A DNA stretch of 63,432 bases, filler included, from Craspedostauros australis (lineage: Eukaryota), in the NCBI GenBank assembly GCA_030167865.1. It is 5 parts of 5 records of this genome, joined end to end, with 100 filler letters (N's around TTAATTAATTAA, not from the genome) between each part and the next. Parts side by side here need not be neighbours in the genome. Positions count along the whole stretch, not along the records: positions 44,997 to 63,432 come from JALAGF010003616.1; 4 more parts are not named here. One strand, given 5' to 3'. Position 1 is the first letter of the stretch; every line of letters begins with the position of its first letter. Both the position numbers and the translations under genes were made by a program. Positions 45,699 through 56,547 of the stretch are shown piece after piece. The notes beneath the pieces were generated by a model. That model was not told the DNA's origin, did not search any database, and worked only from the letters and a program-made list of their open reading frames with translations.

Positions 45699-47885
45699 GT
45701 GTGTTGGGACAGCACTTGAAAAACTTGGTGGGAAAGACGACACTGTGGACGGAACCCCGCTGGGCACTTCGCTAATTGAGGATGGCCTCGATGATGGCAG
45801 AGATGACGGTACTTCGCTGTTGGAAGGTTGGTCGCTGGGGACCTCGCTCGTCGATGATGGTTTCCAAGATGGTGCTTGGCTGATCGAATTTGTTGGCGTC
45901 ATCGTTTCATTAATGGCCGAGGGTGGGAACGTGGGCGACTCTGTCTTCACGATGAATGCTGTAGGCGTGGATGATACTTCGTTATCGGGATCCATGGATG
46001 GTGGAAATGTGGGTTCGCTCGTCCTTTCCAAGGTTGTCGGCTCGGTGGTCTGCGCGTCGAGGGCGGTCGGTGAGCTCGTTGTGGTCGGGAGTCCCGTGGG
46101 GGACAAGCTGACCGACGGTGGGAACGTCGGCTGACCGGTCTCGGTCTCGGACACGGCCGTTGGCAGAGGCGTAGGCACTGTCGGCGTTGATGTTGGCGCA
46201 TGTGTCGGGGCTGATGTCAGGCCGTCATCTGTCGGAATCGAGGATGGCGCATCAGTATCGAGGATCGTGAAGTTGACTTGTCGAATGATTTCTCCACCAT
46301 CATCGTCCCTTTGCACGTACGCAACGAACACTCTAAGATATCCACCCGGAAGTTCCTCCTTCACAACGAGCTCTTCAACATTCACATCGAAGCGTTGAAC
46401 AACCTCTTTGAACAACGTGGTTTCATCCAAGGTCCGTTCAACCAGGTCATCTTGCAGGCGTCTTCGTTGAGTCCGGCGTGATTGCGGTTGGTAGCCAAAT
46501 GCTTCGCCTGAGATGATCGATTGAAACGAGAGTCGTCGCAGCTCTTGTCGCTCAGTCTCCCAAAACGAAAACAGCGGCTCAGTCGGTGGACAGCCGATGC
46601 ACTCGATCAATGTATCGAATTGGAAAGATGTCGCGGAGCTTGTAGTCGTAGATGTGGAGTTACCATCGGAGGTGGCGGTAAAGTTCTGTGCAACGACGGT
46701 CGCATTCATCATCTTTCGGTCATACACTGCGTCACAATCTCCAAGAATGTTGTTGTATGAGTTCACCAGCAGTTCTTCAATCGACACAGTCTCTTCTTCG
46801 GTGAACGCCCGTTCGAATCCTTCGAGGACCAGGGTCAGCGAGCCGTGGAAGAAGTCTGGATTGAGAACTCCGCAGGATGAGACAGCGGTAACGGGCTCAG
46901 CGACAATCGCACTGATACCCACAGCGGCCGCTGAAACGGCAACAGCGGAAACAACGACGGCTCCCACGGCTTGTGCTGATCCCGCCACAGCACCCGCAGC
47001 TGCCAAACCTGTTGCAGCACCTGCGGCTGCGGCGCCGGCGGCAGCGCCTGCTGCGACTGATCCGGCTGCATTTGCGGCGGCTTGGACAGCCATTTGTTGG
47101 AGAACAAGCTGGGCGCCTACTACTGGTGGAACTGGTGCAGCTCCGCCTCCACCTCCACCTCCACCTCCGCCACCTCCTGCGCCACCTCCTCCTTCTCCTC
47201 CGGTACCAACGAAACCCCCACCATCGTTCGCGCCTCCATTCTGCGGCGCCATTGCCCCTCCATCTGCTCCGCCTGCATCTTCCTGCTTTCCACACTTGCG
47301 CAGAATCCATGAGAAGCACTTGAAGAATATCAGCCCTGCGCTGAAGCATGCAACAAAAAGAAGAGCAAAGTTGCTCCTATCTTCTTCCGTGTCGACAGTC
47401 CCGTCGGTGGATTCGTTGTCCTTCTGATCTCCTGGTGATGGGCCTGATTTCTTGGCCGCTTCCGCGGAAGAACTGTTGCCTGTCGCTCCACGATCTGCAT
47501 GGCTGTCTGACGATGTGAAACTGTCACCGTCGTTGTTGCCGGGCTCCATGATGCGACCGGCACCATCAACCTTGAAGGACAAAAGGTAGGGCTGTTTTGG
47601 CACATCGATAGATGAGTCGGCCCCAACGTTTCTGGAGGCATCGTGGGGGAAATCACCAAGCGTGCTTCCACTCATGTCGAACGAATACTTTTGCTGCCGC
47701 CGTTCATCTTGGTGCTGTCGGAATCGACCTTGGATCAGCAATACCGCTTCTTCGGAACGTTCTAACATCCGGATTGCGCTTACGCCATTCCCGACGCCTC
47801 TGAGATGTGCGAGTGCGCGCGTTCCGATTGGATAGGTCGACGTTGTTGGCGGATTAGGTGCAAACGGATTGAAAAATAAGCATGT
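44997..47885 (-). CDS. Membrane-anchored mucin-like PS/PT-rich protein, main exon (3' end truncated at gap)
   Basis: Open frame of more than 920 aa: IQ-like motif, TM FALLFVACFSAGLIFF, poly-Gly, Ala/Val hydrophobic stretch, Cys domain, RRL motifs, PT region and 21-aa repeats. The frame stays open upstream to a CAG acceptor ending at 47886. Confidence 0.8.
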
Positions 47886-47983
47886 CTGAATCAGAAATGC
47901 GGTTGTATTGCAAGGGCGGGTACAGGATGGGGTTGGCTGCTATCCGTGACGGTGGCAGTGACGATACAGTTGTGTGTACTTAC

Positions 47984-49457
47984 ATTTCCAAGCGCTGTTT
48001 TCTTTCCTGAATCGATTCCGAACGGATTGTAGAGGCAGAGTTCCAATTGTCGCGAAGTATGTTTCTGGGAAGCAGCGGAACGTAAAGTTTGAATACAAGT
48101 TTGCATGACGTTCGTATGTAGGAGTACCAGCACAGCAAGTTTGTGTTTCAGATGGGATGGTGAGCATTCGTGGATGAAGAGGGTGCGAACGAGACCTTGG
48201 ACGCTGCAGTTGTCATCGATGCGGGCACTCTATCAGTACTCACCTTGCTATCCGTTTTGACCTTTCACTCGGCGTTTCGCTCATTATCGATCGAGCATCG
48301 AATGAGCGATTCGAGCTGTGGCATGCGCGTCCAAATCAAATGTCGAATAAAATACGTTGTCATGGTGTAACGCGGTGTGACGATGCGGCAGAATATCGTG
48401 CAGCGAAGAGAAGCATATGTTACAGTTTGGAAGAAGGGTCAAGATGTGAGTGTGAAGGCACGACGCTGATACGGTACAAGTATGTGAAACGAACGTGCAT
48501 GATGAGGCGTTCATCGAACTGTGACATACAAATCAACTCCGGCTGCGCAATGGGCATTTCCCATTTTCGAGCGACATATACTGGAATAGTCGGAGAGAAG
48601 CCAACTCCTTGCGAGATATGATGTCGGAACAGCCGTGCGTGGATACATGGTGGCACCAAAGGCACATACCTGTGGTTGGTCCGTCTGGGTCGATGCGGTG
48701 ACGGACGTGTACTTCGAAAAGGCGATTCGTGGCTTCCGTTGTGGCTGTGGACAATCGAAAAGGTGAGAATTGGAGAGAAAGTGTTTGCATCGAGGTGGTG
48801 ACAGAGGTTGGAATGGGTTGGGTTGGATTGAATAGGATTGAACGAGAGAATGTGAGATCGTCAGTTCGGCAGCTCGCTTCAATGAGGTCGGTGTTCGACG
48901 ACCGGCAATATTTCAAGACCATCGCCTCTGTTCATCGGATGGCTGTTTGACTTGGAATTGGATTCGGATTGGGGTTTGCCCTGTTCTTCATTGTATGGGA
49001 CCATACGAGTACACACATACCTTGTGGTATCCACCTGCTGCTGTTCGGACAGCGACGGGCAATCCAGACTTGTGAGCGATTGCTGCAGTTGGGTCCATCC
49101 CTGTCGCAGCTGCTCCATCTGAAGAGGTTGTTGGAGGTAGAACTGCGTCTGTCTCTCATATTCGGACTGCTCTCTTCGGGGAGTTTTCTTTGGTACAAAC
49201 AATTCGGAGCGTGAGTTGCCCCCACGCACTTGGTTGCTATCACCAGCCGCTGTTGATATTGATGATAACATTGGATCTGCAGTTGGCGTTTGTCCACGCC
49301 GTGCTTGCGACTGGGAGCTGGGATGTGGCTGTAATTGCTGATGCGTCAGTGGCATGTTCGATGGTGATGATTCGGAAAGCGCCTGTCCCAACACATGCCC
49401 ACGTGGAGCCGCGGATCTGGGAGACCTTATAACGCTGTTGCTGTCGCTGTTCGCCAT
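47984..49457 (-). CDS. Putative upstream exons of the mucin-like gene (49457-49021, 48744-48670, 48203-47984)
   Basis: Donors GTATGT, GTATGT and GTAAGT with CAG acceptors are phase-compatible (2, 2, 0) and give a stop-free join to 47885. No homology support. Confidence 0.4.
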
Positions 49458-51893
49458 CAGCCAGATGCATCGTGGGGAAGTGTAGAGTTGTCAGAATCGA
49501 ATATTTGAGACCAAGGTGTGAGAGGTCATGGGGAGGAAAGGTGGAGGAAAGGTGGAGGAAGGGATGAGGAAAGATTCGGCGAGGACCTGTCAATTCAAGA
49601 GGGCGCGGCATTGTACACTATAATGCACTTGCGCTCGTGTCAATTGGCTGCCGCTGTTCGTTGCAATGACCGCCATGTTGAGCAATTCTCATCCTCATGC
49701 CCACCAACTGGAATTGAGAGGGCGAAGATCAGCACCGTCCATACAACCGAAGAGCATGTGCACCAATACGCAGCACAAGAGGTCCGACCGGCTCGCCGGG
49801 CTGCAGCAACCTTCGATGTGGAGATTGACGTGCACCTGCATCACATTGTTTGCGTTGGGAGAGACCGACTTCCAATACCCAATACACACCTTTGCGCATC
49901 TGGTTCGTCATGTTGCGATTGCCACCATGCAGACCCGTACCCGTACGGCAACACGTTGTCTGATTCGTTCCTGTTGCAGATTATGGCGTACGAGTATCAC
50001 GGTGTGTCGTTGCCCAGCACGAAGGGTGTAACGTATGGTACGAGTGGACAGGTGGAGTCAAAGACAGAGCCAAAGCCAGAGAGCCAATTGCCAAGTCCAG
50101 TCCACGGGATGTGGAGAAAGAAAGCAGCGACATGAGTGAGTGATGTGATCGGGCAATACGAAGAGATTACGACGATTCCGGTCAACGTTGTTGGCCTGGT
50201 TGTGAGTTTGGGAACACAGGAAAGACAGGAAAGACTTCGATTTGCCATGCACAGACACCCTGGTGGGTGGAGTGGCTCTCACATGCACGCAGGAAGCAAA
50301 CATGACCAGCCCAACCAGCACATGTGGAAACGAATGATCGAGGCTGTGATAGCTTGTTCTCTCTCTCTCTCTCTTTCTCTCCACCACACAATTGCCGTCT
50401 CTGTTGTCGTCACTCCCCAACACAAACACGAGCGACGCACTCTGATTGCTTCTCTTCGGACCAGCTGTCGGACCTGCTGAGACTGCTGCTATCCCCTGAA
50501 TCGTTCGGTCTGGAGTTGGACATGATGAGTTGTGGGCTGGAGTACCTCTCTTCGTACTGTTATTAGTACGCAATCCAGTACGACCTACGAATGGATCCTT
50601 GTCCCGAGAGAGATTTTTCGTTCAATGGTTGTGCGTGGCCTTTGTGCAACTTCGTGTCGTGTGGTCGTCATCTTGTGTTGTGTTGTTTTCTCTCTCCCTC
50701 ATGTTCACGGAGAGGGGAGAACTGCTTTGTTCCTCCCCAGCCGTCGTGTGCGTTGGTGCATAATTCTTCGTGCCTGCTCAAAGAAGAGCGTGGGTGGCGA
50801 GACGGTGGCGCTTTCTCCACGTACCAGTACTCGTGACAAGGAATGGGGCGCTCTCTGATGGAGTTTGTGGTGAAAACGATCACTCCGGGTCTGTCCGAAC
50901 CGATTCGCTGTTGCGATTGTTCCTTCTTTCAGCCGGACAAGTGCACAGCAAAACGTGTTTTCCGATGCATTGATTGGACAATGTATGTCGCAGTGATTGC
51001 GGGTCTTCAATTTTAATTAGCGTCGAGCCGGTGCTCCAATTCTATACGGTTAATTGTGAACACGGGCGTCAAATTGTTTATTGTGGAGAGAACACGTTGA
51101 CTTTTTCATGCACTGTTGTGCGCGCTCGCGTTTGCTTCGACGCAACCAGACAACATCCCCAAGATACGAACACAGTCAACGTGACTGACGGTAACAGACG
51201 GAAATAATGATGTGCAAACAAGAGCTGAATCGTGAAACAACACAAAACCTGGACGACGTCAGAATCACAATTTCTGTTCCACAAATTCTATGCATTTGGT
51301 ATTTACTACCGTAGCTCCCCCAATTTCAAGTTCTTCGCGCCAAACCTTGCCAAGTGTTATGTTGCTTCTGCCACAATAGCAATCGGCAACCCCTTGCAAC
51401 ATCCGACCAATCTTCGACCCATCTTCGACTCATCTCGGAATAAAGCAGAATGCGGGTGTGGATAACGGCGGGTTGCAATGGCGCTCCCTTGATCGAGACG
51501 ATGAGCAATGGAATTTTTGTCGTCTCCCGCCATTCCTTTGTGGTGAATTTGGCGCTCGGATTGTTCGTGCATTCGCTCTGTTTGCCTGCGGTACTGTTTC
51601 GCACTCGAACAGAACCCATTGTGTTCGCAAAAGGTGGTGTCGCCGAAAATGGATCGCGACTGGCACGCACGCTCACAGAAGCACGCGCAAACGAACAACG
51701 ACAACAATTGCGTGGGTGCAGAACTGCGTTCCTCGCGCAAAGAGGGAGAACCGACTGCTCCACCAGCATCGTCAGCCACAATCACGGTCACGGTCACAAC
51801 CGCGATCACAATCACGATCACAATTACGATCGCAACCATCACGCGCCTAGGGGAGAGCAACCGACATAACATCCGCAGACAGCACATGCGGCC

Positions 51894-54800
51894 ATGGACA
51901 CAATGAATGCTATGGACGGTATTCACAGCCATCCTCATACGCGTGGGAGCATGGGCGGCACCACGCACAGGATAGACAACATCAAGGATGTCGAGAACAC
52001 TGTCAGCATGAAAGATGATCGTTCCTGCACGCCGACCTCCACCGTCACGCGCACCAGCGCTTCCTTGGAATGGGAGAATGCCAAATCGCTCACCAGAGAG
52101 CACCCAATTGAAGCGGCAACACCAACGACAATGATGACAACGACGACAACGACGTCGGGAGTGTCGACAACAGCAGGCGAGGAGGCCGCGTCCGCTGTGT
52201 TTGAGTCGGCTATCCCCACGTCCGCTGCGATGATAGCGATGCCGACGTTGCTGACAGAATCCGCACCCCAAGCACCGCTTCGGCCCACCAAAGAGGCGTT
52301 CTTCGGACGGGAAAAGGAACTCCTTCATCTCAGAAGTGTCTGGCGTCACATCAATGACGACCAGCCCATCTTCCCAGCCGCGTTGGTTTGGGGAATGAGC
52401 GGAACTGGAAAGTCAGAGCTGATCGACCAATTCCTGAGCCGATCCTGCTGCACCTGTGGAGGCAGAGACAAGTCGAAACAACCGTCGTTGCTACCAACAA
52501 TATCAGCAACGGCTGCAACATCAGCAGCGGCAATGATGCCCATAGAAAAGCAACAACAACGAAGACGACTTGGAACCATTCAAAGATGTTCCTGTTGCTA
52601 CGTGCTGCGGGGAAAGTACGATGAATTCATCGGAAGCAAGGATCCGTTCTCCGCCATCACGCAGGCGCTGGATGACTTCGCAATGCACCTCCAGCATGAA
52701 TCGCCCGCGGAGTTGCTGCGGATTCAACGTTGCATCGAAGAGGCATTCTCTGCTGACGCCAGCAGCGTTACTCACAATGAAAGCGAGACGAGCACGAGTC
52801 AAGACGATGCAACGAGCCAAATGCAACCCAATACGGCAAAGCACAGCCATTCTGCTTTGTCAATCTTAACTGCTGTTGTTCCATCACTGTCCGTCCTCCT
52901 TCCAGATTCGGTCGAATCGGCGACCAACGTCCAGTCAAGTCTCCCCTCTCGATCTGCGAAAGCTTTGCGGCAAAGATCATCATCCAACAATGACACCAAT
53001 GAAGATGGCAGTCATGGCAACAGCAGCCTTCCTCATGTTGCGACAGGCAGTACCGCAGATAACATTTCTACGTCAACCGGGAACAGGCAAGGCCGCATCA
53101 AAGCTATCGACAACACCACCAACAGTACCATCGACAACAACAGCACGAGCTATTCGCAAAGTGCATGGAACCGGTTCTGCTACATCTTCATCCAATTCAT
53201 GAAAGCCATTTCGACGCCCCAACGACCTGTCTTCCTCTTCCTTGACGACTTGCAATGGTCATCGGCTGCCAGCTTGGAACTGCTGGCGTCGCTGCTCACA
53301 GACGTCGATCTTCGGAACTTCATGTTGCTGTCCGCCATCCGGCAGGAGATCGACCCTCACGTTCACCAAGCCAAGGAGCTATCACCGTGGGCACCGCTAC
53401 ACACGTCCTTCCTCAACAGGCTGTTACGGGACAACAGCGCGGGCGCGGACAATGCTGCGGGTGGCAAGCTGCTCGAGCAGATAACTCTGGGGGACTTGTC
53501 GCTGAAGGAGTGCATCGCTTGGCTGTCGCAACTGCTGCATCGATCCCTCTATGACACCGATCTCAAAATCCTGACGTTCAAGATCTTCAACAAGACGCAC
53601 GGAAATGTGTACTTCACGCTGCAGGCCATCGAGGAGTTGATGAGAAGGGAGATCCTTGTCTACAGTCATGCCGCGGATCGATGGGAGTGGGATACTTTGA
53701 TGATATCCTCCCACAGCAATAGCAACGGCAATGGCAACGGCGCTACAAATGATGATGATGATCTCCCAATTGGTGACAACATCGTTGCCATAGTCGAGCA
53801 GCAGCTCAAGCAACTGCCGCAGGAACTGCAGTACGTTCTATCGGTTGCGTCTTACATTCGATCCACGTTTGATCTCCCAGTACTCCGGGCGGTGCTGCAG
53901 TACGTGGATGATCACGGAGGAGTGGACATGGCGCACATCGATGAGGATATCGCGGCAAATGCCATGCTGACAGGCCCGCCCACAGCAGAGCCAATCGCAT
54001 GGACGACCGACCGACTATACTCCGTCTTGGAGAGAGCGCTGATGGAAGGTCTTGTCACGAACTCCACCGGCGAAACCCGGTATCACTTCGCGCACGATCG
54101 CGTCCAACAAGCAGCACACGGATTGGTACCACCTGGCTGGGCGCAGAACAAGCTCCGATCGCAGATTGGCCGATGTCTGCTGACGATGTACAGGCAGTTG
54201 AGATCATTGCCACCATCGATCGGAGAACAGGACTTGTCCACCAGTAGCGGTCCAAATGATGTCGCGCTCATTCCAGCATCAGCACAAAGCACCGACCACA
54301 CAACGCACGAAACTGCGATCCGAGACGTGGACAGCCTGCTGTTCATCGCTGCAGACCACCTCAACAGCGCGAGAATGAAGGACCATCTCTTCCTCGTCGC
54401 CTTCAATGTCGAGGTCGGGCGCAAGGCGCTTCAAATGGGCGCGTTCGCAACGGCATCGGGGTACTTGGAGAAAGCGTCGAAGGGACTCGAACGCGTGCGC
54501 AATCCGTGGGAGGAGCACTACACGATTTGCCTTCATTTGTTCCAATGCCGAGCAGAGACTGAACTGATCCAGGGCAACTTCGCGGTTGGCTACAGGCTTG
54601 CCAACGAGATCGTCCAGAGAGCGCGAACATTCGATGAGAAGCTGCGAATCCACCTGTGCATGGCCAACGCGTTGGGACGAGAGGACAGGGTGGCAGATTC
54701 ATTGAAGACGAGCTTGAGCGTGGCGCGAAAGCTGGGCGAATTCCCCAAGCGTTTCTACCGCCTGCACGTCATCAGAGACTTCACCCAAATCAAGTCCTTC

Positions 54801-56387
54801 CTGAAGAAGAACACCGACGAGGACATCATGAACCTCCCGCTGCAGCGAGGCTACCGCAAGAAGATGGCGATGAAGTTCATCGGCGAGATCGGCGTTCGAT
54901 CCTACCTCGCGGGTGACTCTCTGCAATGGCTGGTACACGCGCTGAAGCTTATCTGCATGACGATCCAATCCGGGATAGGCGAAGAGTCTCCCGCATCGTT
55001 CGCGACGCTCGCCAATATGTTCGACATGACCAACGAAGACCGCGGGTTGGTAATGAGGTGCGCGGGCATCGCAAACAAGATGTTGCAGAAGGTGGGTGGG
55101 CCGGTGCAGACCAGCTGGGTCAACGTCATCATGGCCGGATCCATCTACGCCTCCAGCGAACCATCGGGCAGGTGCGTGCACATGTTCGACCGAGGCTACT
55201 CCCTAGCTATGCAGGCCGGTGACTTTGAATTGGGCCTGATCGCCCTCCAGAGCCGCAACACGCTGGCATTCTTCTTCGGATACAAGCTGCGGCCGTTGGT
55301 CAAGGCGTACGAGAGCGCCCTGCAGCTCTACAGCATTTACAACCTCACACTCTACAGGATATCATCCCAGACGATGCTGATGCTCACACAGTACCTGGCC
55401 GGCGTCAAGCCGATCGATTGGGATGGTATCGAGCACAATCTGCAGCGTGACGCGAAGTGTAGCGCCGCTGATCCCAAGGAACTCAACCGATTGATCAACA
55501 CGTACGCTGGCACATTGTTGCTGGCCATGCTGTTTCGACGACACGACCTGGTGCGACGAATCATGCACCTCTACTCCCGTTTGCCCGAGCACGCCAAGTC
55601 ATACTACATCACCATGACGGCGACGCTCGTGCAAGGGCTTCTATCCTCCGCCATGTACCGCCAAACTGGAAAGGCGAAGCACAAGAAGCAGCTGAAGCGT
55701 CTGATCAGTGCCACGAAGACTCTCATCGCCGCCAAGGGAGGCAACGCAACGAGCCTCCTGCAACTGCTCAAGGCCGAGCTGCTGTCGTTGAAGAGTACGA
55801 AGTCGAACCTCGAGCGCGTCCGACGCACAGACAAAGCGTACAATGCAGCCATCGGCGCGGCGGAGAAGTCGGCTCTGACGCACTTTTGTGCCATCGCGTG
55901 CGAATGTGCCGCGGAGTACCTGATACGACAAGCAAAGGCGCTCTCCCAGCACAACTCCCGCGCCGACTTCCAAGCCATCCAGCTGTCAATGGAGGAATTG
56001 AGCTGCAACTACATGACGCGGGCTGTGGAATGCTACAAGGAATGGGGCTGCCCCGTCAAGGTGAAGGACATTCAAGATCGACGATCGCAATACCTGAAGC
56101 CCGACACAGATGAGGAACTGCAAGGATTGGGAACACCATCCACACACGATGTGCAAGCGGCGAGAGTCGTGGAGATGGACAACAACAAGACCGGGTTTAC
56201 GGCCGGGACCGTGCCACCCCCAAGCATGGCTCCTCAATCGAACCTCGAGGGCAGAAGATCATCATTCTCGAGGGGCGGATTGGAAGGAGACGGTGGTCTG
56301 CCACTACACAGCAGCAGTCACAGGACCGAAAATGACGCCGACGGGCCCAACGACCATCTTTCGGTGCTCACAGATGCATCAGGTTGA
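51894..56387 (+). CDS. STAND-like P-loop NTPase (AAA_16) with long helical/TPR-like C-terminus, 1497 aa
   Basis: FFGREKEL, Walker A GMSGTGKS, GKYDE..PFSAI, Walker B LFLDDLQW, KTHGNVYF, YHFAHDRVQQAA and terminal WG..VKV. This is the core of cyanobacterial-type kinase-AAA-GAF-HK multisensors. Confidence 0.85.
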   Translation: MDTMNAMDGIHSHPHTRGSMGGTTHRIDNIKDVENTVSMKDDRSCTPTSTVTRTSASLEWENAKSLTREHPIEAATPTTMMTTTTTTSGVSTTAGEEAASAVFESAIPTSAAMIAMPTLLTESAPQAPLRPTKEAFFGREKELLHLRSVWRHINDDQPIFPAALVWGMSGTGKSELIDQFLSRSCCTCGGRDKSKQPSLLPTISATAATSAAAMMPIEKQQQRRRLGTIQRCSCCYVLRGKYDEFIGSKDPFSAITQALDDFAMHLQHESPAELLRIQRCIEEAFSADASSVTHNESETSTSQDDATSQMQPNTAKHSHSALSILTAVVPSLSVLLPDSVESATNVQSSLPSRSAKALRQRSSSNNDTNEDGSHGNSSLPHVATGSTADNISTSTGNRQGRIKAIDNTTNSTIDNNSTSYSQSAWNRFCYIFIQFMKAISTPQRPVFLFLDDLQWSSAASLELLASLLTDVDLRNFMLLSAIRQEIDPHVHQAKELSPWAPLHTSFLNRLLRDNSAGADNAAGGKLLEQITLGDLSLKECIAWLSQLLHRSLYDTDLKILTFKIFNKTHGNVYFTLQAIEELMRREILVYSHAADRWEWDTLMISSHSNSNGNGNGATNDDDDLPIGDNIVAIVEQQLKQLPQELQYVLSVASYIRSTFDLPVLRAVLQYVDDHGGVDMAHIDEDIAANAMLTGPPTAEPIAWTTDRLYSVLERALMEGLVTNSTGETRYHFAHDRVQQAAHGLVPPGWAQNKLRSQIGRCLLTMYRQLRSLPPSIGEQDLSTSSGPNDVALIPASAQSTDHTTHETAIRDVDSLLFIAADHLNSARMKDHLFLVAFNVEVGRKALQMGAFATASGYLEKASKGLERVRNPWEEHYTICLHLFQCRAETELIQGNFAVGYRLANEIVQRARTFDEKLRIHLCMANALGREDRVADSLKTSLSVARKLGEFPKRFYRLHVIRDFTQIKSFLKKNTDEDIMNLPLQRGYRKKMAMKFIGEIGVRSYLAGDSLQWLVHALKLICMTIQSGIGEESPASFATLANMFDMTNEDRGLVMRCAGIANKMLQKVGGPVQTSWVNVIMAGSIYASSEPSGRCVHMFDRGYSLAMQAGDFELGLIALQSRNTLAFFFGYKLRPLVKAYESALQLYSIYNLTLYRISSQTMLMLTQYLAGVKPIDWDGIEHNLQRDAKCSAADPKELNRLINTYAGTLLLAMLFRRHDLVRRIMHLYSRLPEHAKSYYITMTATLVQGLLSSAMYRQTGKAKHKKQLKRLISATKTLIAAKGGNATSLLQLLKAELLSLKSTKSNLERVRRTDKAYNAAIGAAEKSALTHFCAIACECAAEYLIRQAKALSQHNSRADFQAIQLSMEELSCNYMTRAVECYKEWGCPVKVKDIQDRRSQYLKPDTDEELQGLGTPSTHDVQAARVVEMDNNKTGFTAGTVPPPSMAPQSNLEGRRSSFSRGGLEGDGGLPLHSSSHRTENDADGPNDHLSVLTDASG

Positions 56388-56547
56388 TGGCTATGTTGAT
56401 GACGAACACAAGGACGGGGCGAACATGCTACTCTACACATTGTACTATTGCATAATATTATATGTCTGTATATTAAGTATTATAATATTTGTATTGTATC
56501 GTGCACCTCGCTACGGGTTCAAAAGTGTTTGCCATGACATGCCTGCT

